A stretch of DNA of 64,000 nucleotides from an uncultured Verrucomicrobiae bacterium (GTDB lineage: Bacteria; Verrucomicrobiota; Verrucomicrobiia; Chthoniobacterales; Chthoniobacteraceae): NCBI GenBank assembly GCA_963836755.1, contig CAWIKF010000002.1, positions 480,001 through 544,000 on the forward strand, given 5' to 3'. Position 1 is the stretch's first letter. Every line of letters starts with the position of its first letter. Below the pieces are notes generated by a model. That model was not told the origin of the DNA. It made no database searches and worked only from the letters and a program-made list of their open reading frames with translations. This document shows positions 41,187 through 50,833 of this stretch, piece after piece. The position numbers and the translations under genes were made by a program.

Positions 41187-41232
41187 CTTTGTGTTGAACG
41201 ATTGACGCAGAGCCACTAAAACTCTGCGCTCC

Positions 41233-42549
41233 ATGTCGGACGCCCCCCAGCAAAACACTCTCGCCCGGTCGGCCACCGTAACCGGCACCGCGCTGCACAC
41301 GGGCGAAAAAGTCACGCTTACGTTGCATCCCGCGCCAGTCGGGTTCGGACGAAAATTTCAGCGCAAAGATTTGCCGGACGCGCCGATGATCGACGCGAAA
41401 ATCGAGAACGTAAAAACCGTGGAACGCGCGACGACGATCGGCGAGGGGAACGTGAAAGTTCATACGGTCGAGCATGTCCTCGCGGCGCTCGCAGGACTCG
41501 ATGTCGACAACGTTCTCATCGAAATGACCGCGAACGAGCCGCCGATCGCCGACGGCAGCGCGCGACCTTTTGTCGACGCAATTAAAAGCGCCGGCATTGC
41601 GCCGCAGGGAGCGCCGCGCGCGCATTTCCACGTGCACGAGCCATTGCACGTTGAGACGAAAACCGGGTCGCTGATGACGATCGTGCCCGACGACAAATTT
41701 CGCGTTTCATGCACGCAGGTTGGACCAAACGGACGTTTTACACAGTTCTACAGCACGGAAATCACGCCCGCGCTTTTCGAAAAAGAGATCGCGAGCGCGC
41801 GGACGTTCGTTTTTTACGAGGATGTGAAGCCTTTGATGGACAAAGGTTTGATCAAAGGCGGCAGTCTCGAGAGCGCGATCGTCGTGCGCGGCGACTCGGT
41901 TTTGAGCAAGGAGCCGCTCCGTTTTCCTGACGAATTCGTGCGGCACAAAATTTTGGACATCGTCGGCGATCTCGCGCTGTTCGGACGAAAAATCAAAGGC
42001 CACATCATTGCCGTGAAGCCGGGCCACGGGCCGAACACCGACCTCTCGCGCGCGCTCGGCAAGCAGTTTGCGAAGCTGATGACGCTGGTGCCGCCATCGA
42101 TCGTGCCGAAGGGCGGCGACGTGCTCGAGGTGAATGACGTGATGAAAATTCTGCCGCACCGGTATCCGTTTTTGCTGGTCGATCGCATCGTTGCCTTCGA
42201 GAGCGAAACAAAATGCACGGGGATTAAATCGGTGACGATCAACGAGCCTTTTTTCCAGGGACATTTTCCATCGCATCCGGTGATGCCGGGCGTTTTGCAG
42301 CTCGAGGCGATGGCGCAGGTGTCGAGCGTTTTGCTGATGCGCGCCTCGGGTGTCGCGGGGCAGATTGGCTATTTCATGAGCGCGGATGCGGTAAAATTTC
42401 GGAAGCCCGTTCTGCCCGGCGACACACTTTTCATCCACGTCGAATTGACGAAATGGAAAGGCAAGATCGCAAAGGCCACGGGTCGGTGCGTCGTGAACAA
42501 TGAGGTCGTCTCCGAGGCAGATATGATGTTCGGCCTCGTGGATCCGTGA
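41233..42549 (+). CDS. lpxC-fabZ: Bifunctional LpxC deacetylase / FabZ dehydratase
   Basis: TVEHVLAAL, HKILDIVGDL, then LPHRYPFLLVDRI, FQGHFP..PVMPGVL.LEAMAQ. Confidence 0.95.
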   Translation: MSDAPQQNTLARSATVTGTALHTGEKVTLTLHPAPVGFGRKFQRKDLPDAPMIDAKIENVKTVERATTIGEGNVKVHTVEHVLAALAGLDVDNVLIEMTANEPPIADGSARPFVDAIKSAGIAPQGAPRAHFHVHEPLHVETKTGSLMTIVPDDKFRVSCTQVGPNGRFTQFYSTEITPALFEKEIASARTFVFYEDVKPLMDKGLIKGGSLESAIVVRGDSVLSKEPLRFPDEFVRHKILDIVGDLALFGRKIKGHIIAVKPGHGPNTDLSRALGKQFAKLMTLVPPSIVPKGGDVLEVNDVMKILPHRYPFLLVDRIVAFESETKCTGIKSVTINEPFFQGHFPSHPVMPGVLQLEAMAQVSSVLLMRASGVAGQIGYFMSADAVKFRKPVLPGDTLFIHVELTKWKGKIAKATGRCVVNNEVVSEADMMFGLVDP

Positions 42550-43370
42550 GCGCGCAAATCCACCCGACGGCGCTTGTCGCGCCCGGCGCGAAAATCGGCG
42601 CGGACGTTTTCATCGGGCCGTATTGCGTCATCGAAGATGGAGTGACGCTGGGCGACGGCTGCTGGCTGCAGCATCACGTGACGCTGACTGGCCTTTCCAC
42701 AATCGGCCGCGGCAATCGTTTTTTTTCGTTCACCTCGATCGGGCAGCAAACGCAGGATTTGAAATACACGGGAGAGCCGACCTGCCTTTTGATCGGTGAC
42801 AACAACTGCTTTCGCGAGTTTGTCACCGTGCATCGCGGCACAGCGCCAAACGCCTGCACGCGCATCGGCAACGCCGGCAATTTTCTCGCCTACAGCCACA
42901 TCGCGCACGATTGCGTGGTAGGCGACTCGGTGATTTTTTCCAACAACGGCACGATCGCCGGCCACGTGGAAGTCGGCGATCACGCCGTCATCGGCGGGCT
43001 GACGGCGATCCATCAATTTTGCCGCATCGGGCGCTTCGCGCTCACGGGCGGCTGCTCGAAAATCGTGCAGGACGTGCCGCCTTTCATGATTGCCGATGGC
43101 AACCCGGCATCGGTGCGCGGGATCAACCAAGTCGGCCTGGAGCGGCACGGTTTCAGCGACGAAACCATTCGTCATTTGCGCGAGGCATATCGGCTGCTTT
43201 ATCGCTCGCGTTTAAATGTAAAACAAGCGGAGGAAAAAATTCGCGAGTTGATTAACGGCACGCCGGAGGTCGAGCAGCTCCTCGATTTTATCGCGTCGAG
43301 CCAGCGCGGCATTATTCGGCGGCCGACTTTGCGCGCGGGCGCCGCGTTGCGCGAAGTCGCTTCGGATTAA
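42546..43370 (+). CDS. lpxA: UDP-GlcNAc O-acyltransferase
   Basis: IHPTA, hexapeptide repeats, QDLKY, HIAHDC, HQFCRIG, QDVPPF. Confidence 0.95.
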   Translation: MSAQIHPTALVAPGAKIGADVFIGPYCVIEDGVTLGDGCWLQHHVTLTGLSTIGRGNRFFSFTSIGQQTQDLKYTGEPTCLLIGDNNCFREFVTVHRGTAPNACTRIGNAGNFLAYSHIAHDCVVGDSVIFSNNGTIAGHVEVGDHAVIGGLTAIHQFCRIGRFALTGGCSKIVQDVPPFMIADGNPASVRGINQVGLERHGFSDETIRHLREAYRLLYRSRLNVKQAEEKIRELINGTPEVEQLLDFIASSQRGIIRRPTLRAGAALREVASD

Positions 43371-43987
43371 TTTTTCCGGATCGGCGTGGTGTCGCGGACC
43401 GGGCCGTAGTCTTTCCAATCCTTCACGATGAAGTGCCACCACTCGCCGTGCATGCCGAAAAAGCCGCGGCTCAGCGCGTGCTGGAGCGTGAGGAGATTTT
43501 TCGCAACGACTGCGTTGTCGCCTTGATAATGAAGCGCGGCGCTGTGGGAAAATTGGTCAAAATCGGTCGGCATCGGCACGTCGCGCCCGCGCGCGTCCAC
43601 GAGCGTCGCATCGACCGCGACGCCCCATGTATGCAGGGCTCCGCCGCGTGAAGGGTCGGCGATGAACTCCGGCTTGTGGATGAAATCAAAAAGGACTTGC
43701 TGCGCGCGGAGCGGCCGATAGCCGTCCCAAATTTTCAAACCGAAACCTTGCTTGCGCAAAAGATATTGCGCGAGCCGCAGCCATTGCGCGACGCCTTCGC
43801 GCACGAGACAGCGCGTGCCCGGCGGGTAGATCGGTTTGCCCGTGATGTTCCGGTTGGTCGCGTAACGGAGATCGACGATGATGCTCGGATCGACGTTTTT
43901 GATATCCACCAGTGGTTCCTCCAGCCGATGCGGAGTCGCCGCACACAAAAGGCAGGGTAGCAGCCACAAAAAGAGAACGCGTTTCAC
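43367..43987 (-). CDS. M15 D-Ala-D-Ala dipeptidase (VanX/DdpX family), secreted
   Basis: DLRYATNRN, WDGYRP, LHTWGVAVD, MPTDFD, EWWHF, signal peptide. Confidence 0.88.
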   Translation of the reverse strand: MKRVLFLWLLPCLLCAATPHRLEEPLVDIKNVDPSIIVDLRYATNRNITGKPIYPPGTRCLVREGVAQWLRLAQYLLRKQGFGLKIWDGYRPLRAQQVLFDFIHKPEFIADPSRGGALHTWGVAVDATLVDARGRDVPMPTDFDQFSHSAALHYQGDNAVVAKNLLTLQHALSRGFFGMHGEWWHFIVKDWKDYGPVRDTTPIRKN

Positions 43988-44104
43988 GGCTTCGCGTTGT
44001 GCTTTGCGCTCGCGAGCAATGCAAGGACTTTACAGCGGCATCGCGTCCGCGGCGTGGAAAAAAATTTTGGTTTCGCATGAGGCCTATTTTAGGCTGGCGC
44101 AGAC

Positions 44105-45091
44105 ATGTCGGTTTTTCGCGCCTTCGCCAACTTTGCCATCGCGCTCGGCGGGTTCGCGGTGACTTGCCTCGGCATTCACGTGCTCCTCCCGCTGCGCTTG
44201 AATCAACTCGACGAAAAGTTTCAATTTCTCGCGGAGCACGGCGAGGAGTTTGACACGATTTTTCTCGGCTCCAGCCGCACCTACCACGGGCTCTCGCCGG
44301 AGATTTTTGACGAAATGATGCGCGCCGCGGGCCAGCCGACGCATTCGTTTAATTTTGGCATTGATGGCATGCATTCACCCGAGCAACTCATCATCGCTCG
44401 CGAAATTTTAGCGATGGGTCCGCGCAAACTGAAACGCGTTTTCTTCGAGACTTCAAACTTGCGGCTATTCATCCATCCCGACCGGCTGACCACGCGCGAT
44501 GTTTACTGGCACAACCTTGACGGCCTCGCCTACGCGTGGCGAAAATGGAAAGTTGATCGGCGCAAAAAATCCGCGGACGAGGCGTGGAATGAATGGGTGA
44601 TTCACCTGCAATTCTTCGCGCAAAAACAATTCAACATCGGCCTGTGCACGCTCGGCCAAGTGCATGGAATCACCGTCTCACCCCTGGGTGAAAAACGCGA
44701 TGGCTTCATTCCTCCGCGTCCGCAGTTGCTCAGCGCCCGCGCGCAGTCGCTGATTGACGAGACCGCGAAAAAATTCCGTGCCGGGCTCACGTCCCGGCCG
44801 ATTGACGAGAGCGGCCGTGATGAACTGAAGTTGCTGCAAAAGGAAATGGCGGCCCACGGCGTGCAATTGTTTTTCTTCTCCACCGCCTCGCTCGACGATT
44901 TGGGTTCCGGCGTGGATGTGCCCGAAGGCGCACCGCTCTTTGCATACGATAATCCGGTCGCCTGCGCCTCGCTGTATGACGCGGCAAACCGCATCGACAA
45001 TGAACATTTGAATGCGCGAGGCGCGGCGGAATTCTCAAGGATGCTCGCGCGCGATTTTGCGGCGTGGTCGGCTCGTCACGAAAACAAGTAA
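44105..45091 (+). CDS. Membrane-anchored SGNH-like protein (MBOAT partner)
   Basis: FLGSSRT, FNFGIDG, DNEHLNARGA. Stop overlaps the MBOAT start. Confidence 0.7.
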   Translation: MSVFRAFANFAIALGGFAVTCLGIHVLLPLRLNQLDEKFQFLAEHGEEFDTIFLGSSRTYHGLSPEIFDEMMRAAGQPTHSFNFGIDGMHSPEQLIIAREILAMGPRKLKRVFFETSNLRLFIHPDRLTTRDVYWHNLDGLAYAWRKWKVDRRKKSADEAWNEWVIHLQFFAQKQFNIGLCTLGQVHGITVSPLGEKRDGFIPPRPQLLSARAQSLIDETAKKFRAGLTSRPIDESGRDELKLLQKEMAAHGVQLFFFSTASLDDLGSGVDVPEGAPLFAYDNPVACASLYDAANRIDNEHLNARGAAEFSRMLARDFAAWSARHENK

Positions 45092-46569
45092 TGCTTTTCG
45101 TCGAGTTTCGCTTTTTTGTTTTTTTCCTGTTCGTGCTCGGCGTGCACTGGACCCTGCACTCAAACACCGCGCGCAAAGTATTTTTGCTAATCTGCAGCTA
45201 CTTTTTTTACGCCTGTTTTTTTGTCGGCGATCCGCTGAGTTTCGTAGCGAAAATCAGCGCGGGGCAATGGTCGCAGTTGCCGCCTGGCTGGTGGTTTCCC
45301 TTCGTGTTGCTTGGCTCGACGTGCATGGATTTCGCCGTCGGTCTCGGGCTGGAAAATAGTGCGACGGAACCGAAACGCCGCGCCTGGATGTTCGTCAGTC
45401 TCGCCATCAATCTCGGGGTTCTTTGTTACTTTAAATACTTCAACTTCTTCGTCGGCTCGGCGGCCGATTTTCTCCGCTGGATCGGGCTGCCCGCATCGCT
45501 CCACACGCTGAAAATCATCCTGCCCTACGGCATCAGTTTTTACACGTTCCAGTCGATGAGTTACACAATCGAGGTCTATCGGCGACATCGTCCGGCGGAG
45601 AGGAGCTTTCTCGACCTCGCGTTTTTCATCGCGTTTTTCCCGCAGCTCGTCGCGGGGCCGATCGTGCGGGCGATGACGTTTTTGCCGCAAACCAAGACGC
45701 CACGGGACTTCGCGCGCGACGTGGACGTGCGCGGCGCGCTCGTGCAGTTCATGATCGGCTTCATCAAAAAGGCGTGTATCGCCGGCGCCGTCGCGCCTTT
45801 GGTCGATCAATATTTCGACGCTCCGGGAAAATTCAACGCGCTCAGCGCGTGGCTCGCCGTGCTGCTTTACGCGGTGCAAATCTACGGCGATTTTTCCGGC
45901 TACACCGACATGGCCATCGCCACGGCGCGACTGCTCGGCTACGAGCTGACGGTCAATTTCGATTTCCCGTATTTCGCGCGCAGCGTGACTGATTTCTGGC
46001 GGCGCTGGCACATCAGCCTTTCCACATGGCTGCGCGATTATCTTTACATTTCGCTCGGCGGGAATCGCGGGTCGCTGATTTTTACCTATCGCAATTTATT
46101 TTTGACCATGCTGCTCGGCGGCTTGTGGCACGGAGCCTCGTGGCACTTTGTTTTGTGGGGCGCATTGCACGGCACGGCGTTGGTCGTGCATCGCGAGTGG
46201 AAACGGCACACCGCTGGGTTAAAGATACCGGCGATTTTCGCCAGTTCGTTCTTCACGACGGCGCTCACGTTTTACTTTACCTGCGTCGCTTGGATTTTCT
46301 TTCGAGCGAGCGATTTAAAACAGGCGAAGTTGATTTGCAACGCGTTCATCCTGTGGAAAACCCACGGCGTGCGATCGCTCGATCTTCGCTATTTCTGGCT
46401 GTTTGCCGGCCTTGCGCTCGTCCATTGGCTCAATCGGCAACGCGTCTTCGCGACGTGGTGGCGGCGAGCGCCTGATGCGTGGTTTGCCGGCAGTTATGGT
46501 GCAGCAACCGCTGTGGTCTTCCTGTTTCTTCCGCAGAAGACCACTCCGTTTATTTACTTTCAGTTTTAG
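45091..46569 (+). CDS. MBOAT O-acyltransferase (AlgI/DltB-like)
   Basis: GISFYTFQSMSY, FFPQLVAGPI, DFSGYTDMA, FWRRWHISLS, GLWHGA, PFIYFQF. Confidence 0.94.
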   Translation: MLFVEFRFFVFFLFVLGVHWTLHSNTARKVFLLICSYFFYACFFVGDPLSFVAKISAGQWSQLPPGWWFPFVLLGSTCMDFAVGLGLENSATEPKRRAWMFVSLAINLGVLCYFKYFNFFVGSAADFLRWIGLPASLHTLKIILPYGISFYTFQSMSYTIEVYRRHRPAERSFLDLAFFIAFFPQLVAGPIVRAMTFLPQTKTPRDFARDVDVRGALVQFMIGFIKKACIAGAVAPLVDQYFDAPGKFNALSAWLAVLLYAVQIYGDFSGYTDMAIATARLLGYELTVNFDFPYFARSVTDFWRRWHISLSTWLRDYLYISLGGNRGSLIFTYRNLFLTMLLGGLWHGASWHFVLWGALHGTALVVHREWKRHTAGLKIPAIFASSFFTTALTFYFTCVAWIFFRASDLKQAKLICNAFILWKTHGVRSLDLRYFWLFAGLALVHWLNRQRVFATWWRRAPDAWFAGSYGAATAVVFLFLPQKTTPFIYFQF

Positions 46570-46842
46570 CTATTCACTCGGCGAAGAGCGCACATCGTCC
46601 ACCAATTTTGAGATCGCGTAAATAAATGTGGCCGGCTTCACCAGCAGCAGCGTCAGCTTGATGATCGCGACGATCATCCAACGCAGCGGCAATTGCGCGA
46701 GCAGAAATCCCGCACCCATGGCCACCAGCGCCGCCTTGGCCGGATTGCTCCGCACATACGCTTCGCCGTCCTCGTAAAAGCGGTCGAGATTTTGTTGCGC
46801 AGCTTTTTTGCCCGCAGAAATGGTTTCGGTGATGTCTTGCAT
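46570..46842 (-). CDS. ElaB/YqjD (DUF883)-like small membrane protein
   Basis: EAYVRSNPAKAALVAMGAGFLL. Start ATG 46842. Confidence 0.6.
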   Translation of the reverse strand: MQDITETISAGKKAAQQNLDRFYEDGEAYVRSNPAKAALVAMGAGFLLAQLPLRWMIVAIIKLTLLLVKPATFIYAISKLVDDVRSSPSE

Positions 46843-46909
46843 ATTTGAATCTGTATCGGCGCGCGCGCTTTCCGCGCGCTCTTTTTCCAAGCGCGAGTGA
46901 CCGCACGAC

Positions 46910-47311
46910 TTACTGCGTCGAGGCGGTCTTGGATTTTTTAAACGCTTCGATGGACTTTTTTTCATCTCCCAAATCCTGGTAGGCGATCGCGAGCTTATTC
47001 CACGCGTCGGAAAAATTCGGATCTAATTTCAGCGTGTTTTGATACGCGGTGATCGCTTCCTGAAAGCGTCCTTCCTCGAGACAAAGATTCCCGAGAGCGA
47101 ATGTGTCGGCGATTTTTTCCGTGTCGGGCAAAGGCGCTTCCGCCGGCAGCTCCAACGCGTGCGCCGATGGCGGAGGCGGCGGCAGCGCGACGAGTTCGGG
47201 CTTTTTCGCCAGCGAAAACGCGGCGGATTGCCCCGGCGGCACGTGGTGGACATACGAGCAGCCAGCGGTGAGCGCCGCAGCGCTAACGATGAGTTTTGTG
47301 AAAACTTTCAT
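46910..47311 (-). CDS. TPR lipoprotein
   Basis: TAGC lipobox. TPR pair LGNLCLEEGRFQEAI...AWNKLAIAY. Confidence 0.8.
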   Translation of the reverse strand: MKVFTKLIVSAAALTAGCSYVHHVPPGQSAAFSLAKKPELVALPPPPPSAHALELPAEAPLPDTEKIADTFALGNLCLEEGRFQEAITAYQNTLKLDPNFSDAWNKLAIAYQDLGDEKKSIEAFKKSKTASTQ

Positions 47312-47370
47312 GGCACATCGCTAAGCATGAACTCTGCCCAATCTCGCCGGGCGCGCGGTTTTCGCAAAAG

Positions 47371-47601
47371 CTACTGCGCAGCAGCGGGCAGCGTCGGGCC
47401 GCCCGTCGCTGGCGTCGCCGCCGCTGGATTTGCGCTGGGCGAAGTCGTATCGAGCGGCGGCAGCTCCGGCGCGTCGGCGCGACTGCGGACGCGCAGATTT
47501 TTCGGCGGCCGATTTTCATACATCACGCGGTCATGCGTCTGGCAGGCTGCGGCGCCGGCCAGCAGGCCGAGCAGGAGAAAGGTTCGCAATGGGAGGTGCA
47601 T
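47371..47601 (-). CDS. Small hypothetical lipoprotein
   Basis: MHLPLRTFLLLGLLAGAAAC signal/lipobox and Pro/Ala tail. Confidence 0.55.
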   Translation of the reverse strand: MHLPLRTFLLLGLLAGAAACQTHDRVMYENRPPKNLRVRSRADAPELPPLDTTSPSANPAAATPATGGPTLPAAAQ

Positions 47602-47647
47602 CGTTGAGGAACTTTGACGCGAATGGCGCGCGCGCGCAAGGCAATCG

Positions 47648-49162
47648 TCAGGCATCCGCGAGATCGAGCCGGTGCCGGAAAATGTTTTCGAGAATTTTCA
47701 CCGCCATTTCAAAAATGTTGAACGGCTTAATGATGAAATCCTCATGTCCGCTCATCGTGCTCGGCAGCGGCTGGTCGCGCGACGCGGGCGGTGGCATTAG
47801 CACCAGGATCGGCGTGCGGTGGTGCAGCTTGAAACTGCGCATCCAGAGAATGGATTCCGGCCAGCCCGCCTCGCGCACGCCGGGCTCGAGCACGATGAGA
47901 TCGCAATCCTGCTCCGCCAGCGCATTCATGCGCGCAGTCGGGTAATTGAGCGCTGAAATATCCATGTCGATCAACCGCAGCGCGGCAATCATCGGCTCTT
48001 CCGCGTCATCGCTGACCACGCAAATTTTCGCGCGAAATAAATCACGCGCGGCCGACAGCTGATCACGCGCCAAAAGCCGTCGCAGCGTCTCCACTCCGCG
48101 GTTCACAGTCTGTGCACGCGGCGCGTCTAGCTGTTCCGGCACCTTGCAAAAATCTCCGAGCAAAGCCTCGAGCGTGGACGCCATGCAGCGCACCGCGCGG
48201 AACTCCTTCGGCGAATCTGCGTGCTGCGCAAGAGCGCGTGCGCTGCCGAATAAAGCGTGCAGCGGAAGCCGGTCGCGCAGGTTTGCCTGCAGCCGCTCGT
48301 TTGCTGCCCGGATCGCCTCGGAAGCGGCCTGCAGCGAGGCTTCCGGCGCTTCGAGCTGTGGCAGCAGCGGCGAAAGAAATTCTGAAGATTCCGGTATGGA
48401 AACCTCGCGCACGTGATTGTTCAGGCCGGACAAAAATTTGTCCGATCCTGCGGAAAATTCTTCGTGCGTTTTTTCGTCCGTAACCGCCAGTTTCTCTATC
48501 GCCACGCTCGGGTCTGACAAAGGAGCTACTGTGCGGCTGCCGATGAGGTGGTTCACCTCGACTTCTGCCTCTCGCACCCGCTGCAGACCGCCGACAAGAT
48601 TGTTCCAGCGCTTCGTCAGCAGCTCCACTTCGCGATGCGCGGCGGCAACTTCTTCGTTCATTTTTTCATGCCCCGCGCGCAGTTGATCGCCTTGCTCCTC
48701 GAGCGCGCGCAGGCGCGCGGCGCGCTCGTGCAAAAGTTTTTGTGCGGCCTCAAATTTTTCGTTCAGCGTGATGAGCTCGCGATGAGTTTTTTCATGCCGT
48801 TCCTGTTCGCTCTTGAGCTCAGAAGCTGCAACTGCAAGTTGCTTGCGTAAATCTTGCGAGGCGATCCAGGCAAAGTTTCCTGGAAAAAAAATCGCTTCCA
48901 CATCGCCGAGACGCAGCAGCGAGCGGCTCGTCAATTCAGCTTCCTTGACGGCGCTTCCATTGACGAATGTCCGCTGGTCATCATCGAGATTCGCGAGCTC
49001 GTGGCTTTTTCCATTCCACGTCAGCAGCACGTGCCGGTTTGCGACTGATGGGTCATCGACTCGGATGTCGCAATCGTCGCCGCGGCCGATGAGGAGGGCT
49101 TCGCCGGCGATCTCGTGTGTGAGGTCGCCTACGCCGGGAACCGTGATCAAAAGCGTGGCCAT
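47648..49162 (-). CDS. FHA, coiled coil, Hpt-like bundle and atypical receiver protein
   Basis: IGRGDDCDIRV..NRH..TFVNG..LRLGD, heptad region, C-terminal VSDD..DLIVLE..TPILVL..IKPF. Confidence 0.75.
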   Translation of the reverse strand: MATLLITVPGVGDLTHEIAGEALLIGRGDDCDIRVDDPSVANRHVLLTWNGKSHELANLDDDQRTFVNGSAVKEAELTSRSLLRLGDVEAIFFPGNFAWIASQDLRKQLAVAASELKSEQERHEKTHRELITLNEKFEAAQKLLHERAARLRALEEQGDQLRAGHEKMNEEVAAAHREVELLTKRWNNLVGGLQRVREAEVEVNHLIGSRTVAPLSDPSVAIEKLAVTDEKTHEEFSAGSDKFLSGLNNHVREVSIPESSEFLSPLLPQLEAPEASLQAASEAIRAANERLQANLRDRLPLHALFGSARALAQHADSPKEFRAVRCMASTLEALLGDFCKVPEQLDAPRAQTVNRGVETLRRLLARDQLSAARDLFRAKICVVSDDAEEPMIAALRLIDMDISALNYPTARMNALAEQDCDLIVLEPGVREAGWPESILWMRSFKLHHRTPILVLMPPPASRDQPLPSTMSGHEDFIIKPFNIFEMAVKILENIFRHRLDLADA

Positions 49163-49252
49163 GAACGCGAAACCGCGATTCTGAACCGGCGGCGCCGCGG
49201 AGTCAAACCATGCGGACGCCGTGGCATATCGGCTGCTATTTGATCAGGAGAA

Positions 49253-49795
49253 ATGAAGAAGTATTTTCCCCTGCTGATCGCGCTTTTGCTTTTCGCCGGC
49301 GCGTCCCGTTCCTACGGATTCGCGGTTTATTTTTCGTCGTATGGCAGCATGCGGACGGTATACGCGACGGGCTATCCACCGGAATATGCGCGCGCCGTCG
49401 CGCCGACTTCCTATGCCAGCGCCTCGCTCGTAAAAGCTTCGCGGATCGCTTATCAGCACGCTTATCCGCATTCCCGCGGAGTCTGCTGGAAATTTGTCAA
49501 AAATGCGCTGCTTGCGGCTGGCGCGGTGTCGAGTCGCCCGACTTCCTCGTATGCATTTCAAGCCGCGGGCGAGCTGACCGGCCGCTACGGGTTCATCGAC
49601 ACCGGCCTTCGGAATCCTTACAGCGCGCCGGTCGGTGCGGTGATCGTCTATGGCGGTCACGGTAGCGGCCATGTGGAGCTGCGGACCGAGCGCGGCTTTG
49701 CCTCGGATTATCGCAGTCCGTATCGATGCGCCTATTCGCACGTGATCGGCATTTACGTGAAAGCGCCGCGCGTGGAGCTGGCGTCGGCGAATTAG
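49253..49795 (+). CDS. Secreted CHAP/NlpC-P60-like cysteine amidase
   Basis: AGGAG upstream, signal peptide, GVCWKFVKNAL, GAVIVYGG..GHVE. Confidence 0.7.
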   Translation: MKKYFPLLIALLLFAGASRSYGFAVYFSSYGSMRTVYATGYPPEYARAVAPTSYASASLVKASRIAYQHAYPHSRGVCWKFVKNALLAAGAVSSRPTSSYAFQAAGELTGRYGFIDTGLRNPYSAPVGAVIVYGGHGSGHVELRTERGFASDYRSPYRCAYSHVIGIYVKAPRVELASAN

Positions 49796-49883
49796 CAGTT
49801 GTCAAAATATCCCAGGTGAGACTGGCGGCGGCGCGGCTTTGATGCTATATCTCGCGCGAACTTTGCTCTCAAGCCGACCGAAA

Positions 49884-50789
49884 ATGAACGCAGACCTGGC
49901 GACAAAGCCCGACACAATGCTCGCGGAATCCGATGCGAATCTTTTCCGAGAAAATTTCAACAAGCAGAGCTTCGAGTTCCATCATCATCTCGCCACGCAT
50001 CCGCTCTTCGAGCTGCCGCGGCTGTGCGAGCTCGGCGACCTGCTGAGCAAAACCGGTAGCTATTATTTCAATGCCGGCAATGTGGCAGTCGACGAGACTT
50101 ACGATGAAGCGGCGATGAAGCAATTTTCGCTCGAGGACGTGATCCGGCGGATTGAAAGTTCCAGCGCGTGGATCGTTCTCAAAAGCGTGCAGCAGGATCC
50201 CGACTACCGCATTTTGCTCGACGATTGCATGGCGGAAATCGAACGGTTCAGCGACCGGAATTTGCGGGATAACATGCGCGATTTGAAAGCGTCGATCGTC
50301 GTCACCTCCCCACGCCGCGTGACGCTTTACCACATCGACTCCGACTGCAATTTCCTGTTCCAGATTCGTGGCAGCAAAACCTTCAGCACCTTTGATCAGA
50401 ACGACCGCGCGATTCTTTCCGAGGAGGAAATCGAGCGCTATTATCTCGGCGACCAGAACGGCGCGAAATATCGCGATCAATTCCAGAACCGCGCGACCGT
50501 TTACCAGATGACTCCCGGGAATGCCGTGCACGTCCCGGTCCTCGCGCCGCACTGGGCGAAAAATAACGACAACGTCTCCGTCTCACTCAGCATCAATTTC
50601 GAGCTGCTCGCGGCCGACCGGCGCGCGAACGTTTATCGCTTCAACCATTATCTGCGGCGCGCCGGCCTCAAGCCACAGGCACCCGGCCACTCGGCGCTGC
50701 GCGACAGCGCGAAGCAGCTCGCCTTCAAGGGACTCAACCGCGCGCTCAGCTTCCGCGCGAGGCTAAAGCCCGCCCGGCGCAAGAGTTGA
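49884..50789 (+). CDS. JmjC/cupin-type putative Fe(II)/2-oxoglutarate oxygenase
   Basis: YHID (HxD), FLFQIRGSK, PGNAVHVP..APHW, SVSLS. Confidence 0.78.
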   Translation: MNADLATKPDTMLAESDANLFRENFNKQSFEFHHHLATHPLFELPRLCELGDLLSKTGSYYFNAGNVAVDETYDEAAMKQFSLEDVIRRIESSSAWIVLKSVQQDPDYRILLDDCMAEIERFSDRNLRDNMRDLKASIVVTSPRRVTLYHIDSDCNFLFQIRGSKTFSTFDQNDRAILSEEEIERYYLGDQNGAKYRDQFQNRATVYQMTPGNAVHVPVLAPHWAKNNDNVSVSLSINFELLAADRRANVYRFNHYLRRAGLKPQAPGHSALRDSAKQLAFKGLNRALSFRARLKPARRKS

Positions 50790-50833
50790 TCCAGCCGGTG
50801 CTGTGGCACCAGTATTGCTAGAAAATGGTGCCG

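Noticed and set aside
41233..42549. LpxC-FabZ fusion as a novelty
   Set aside because: A known fusion in several phyla.
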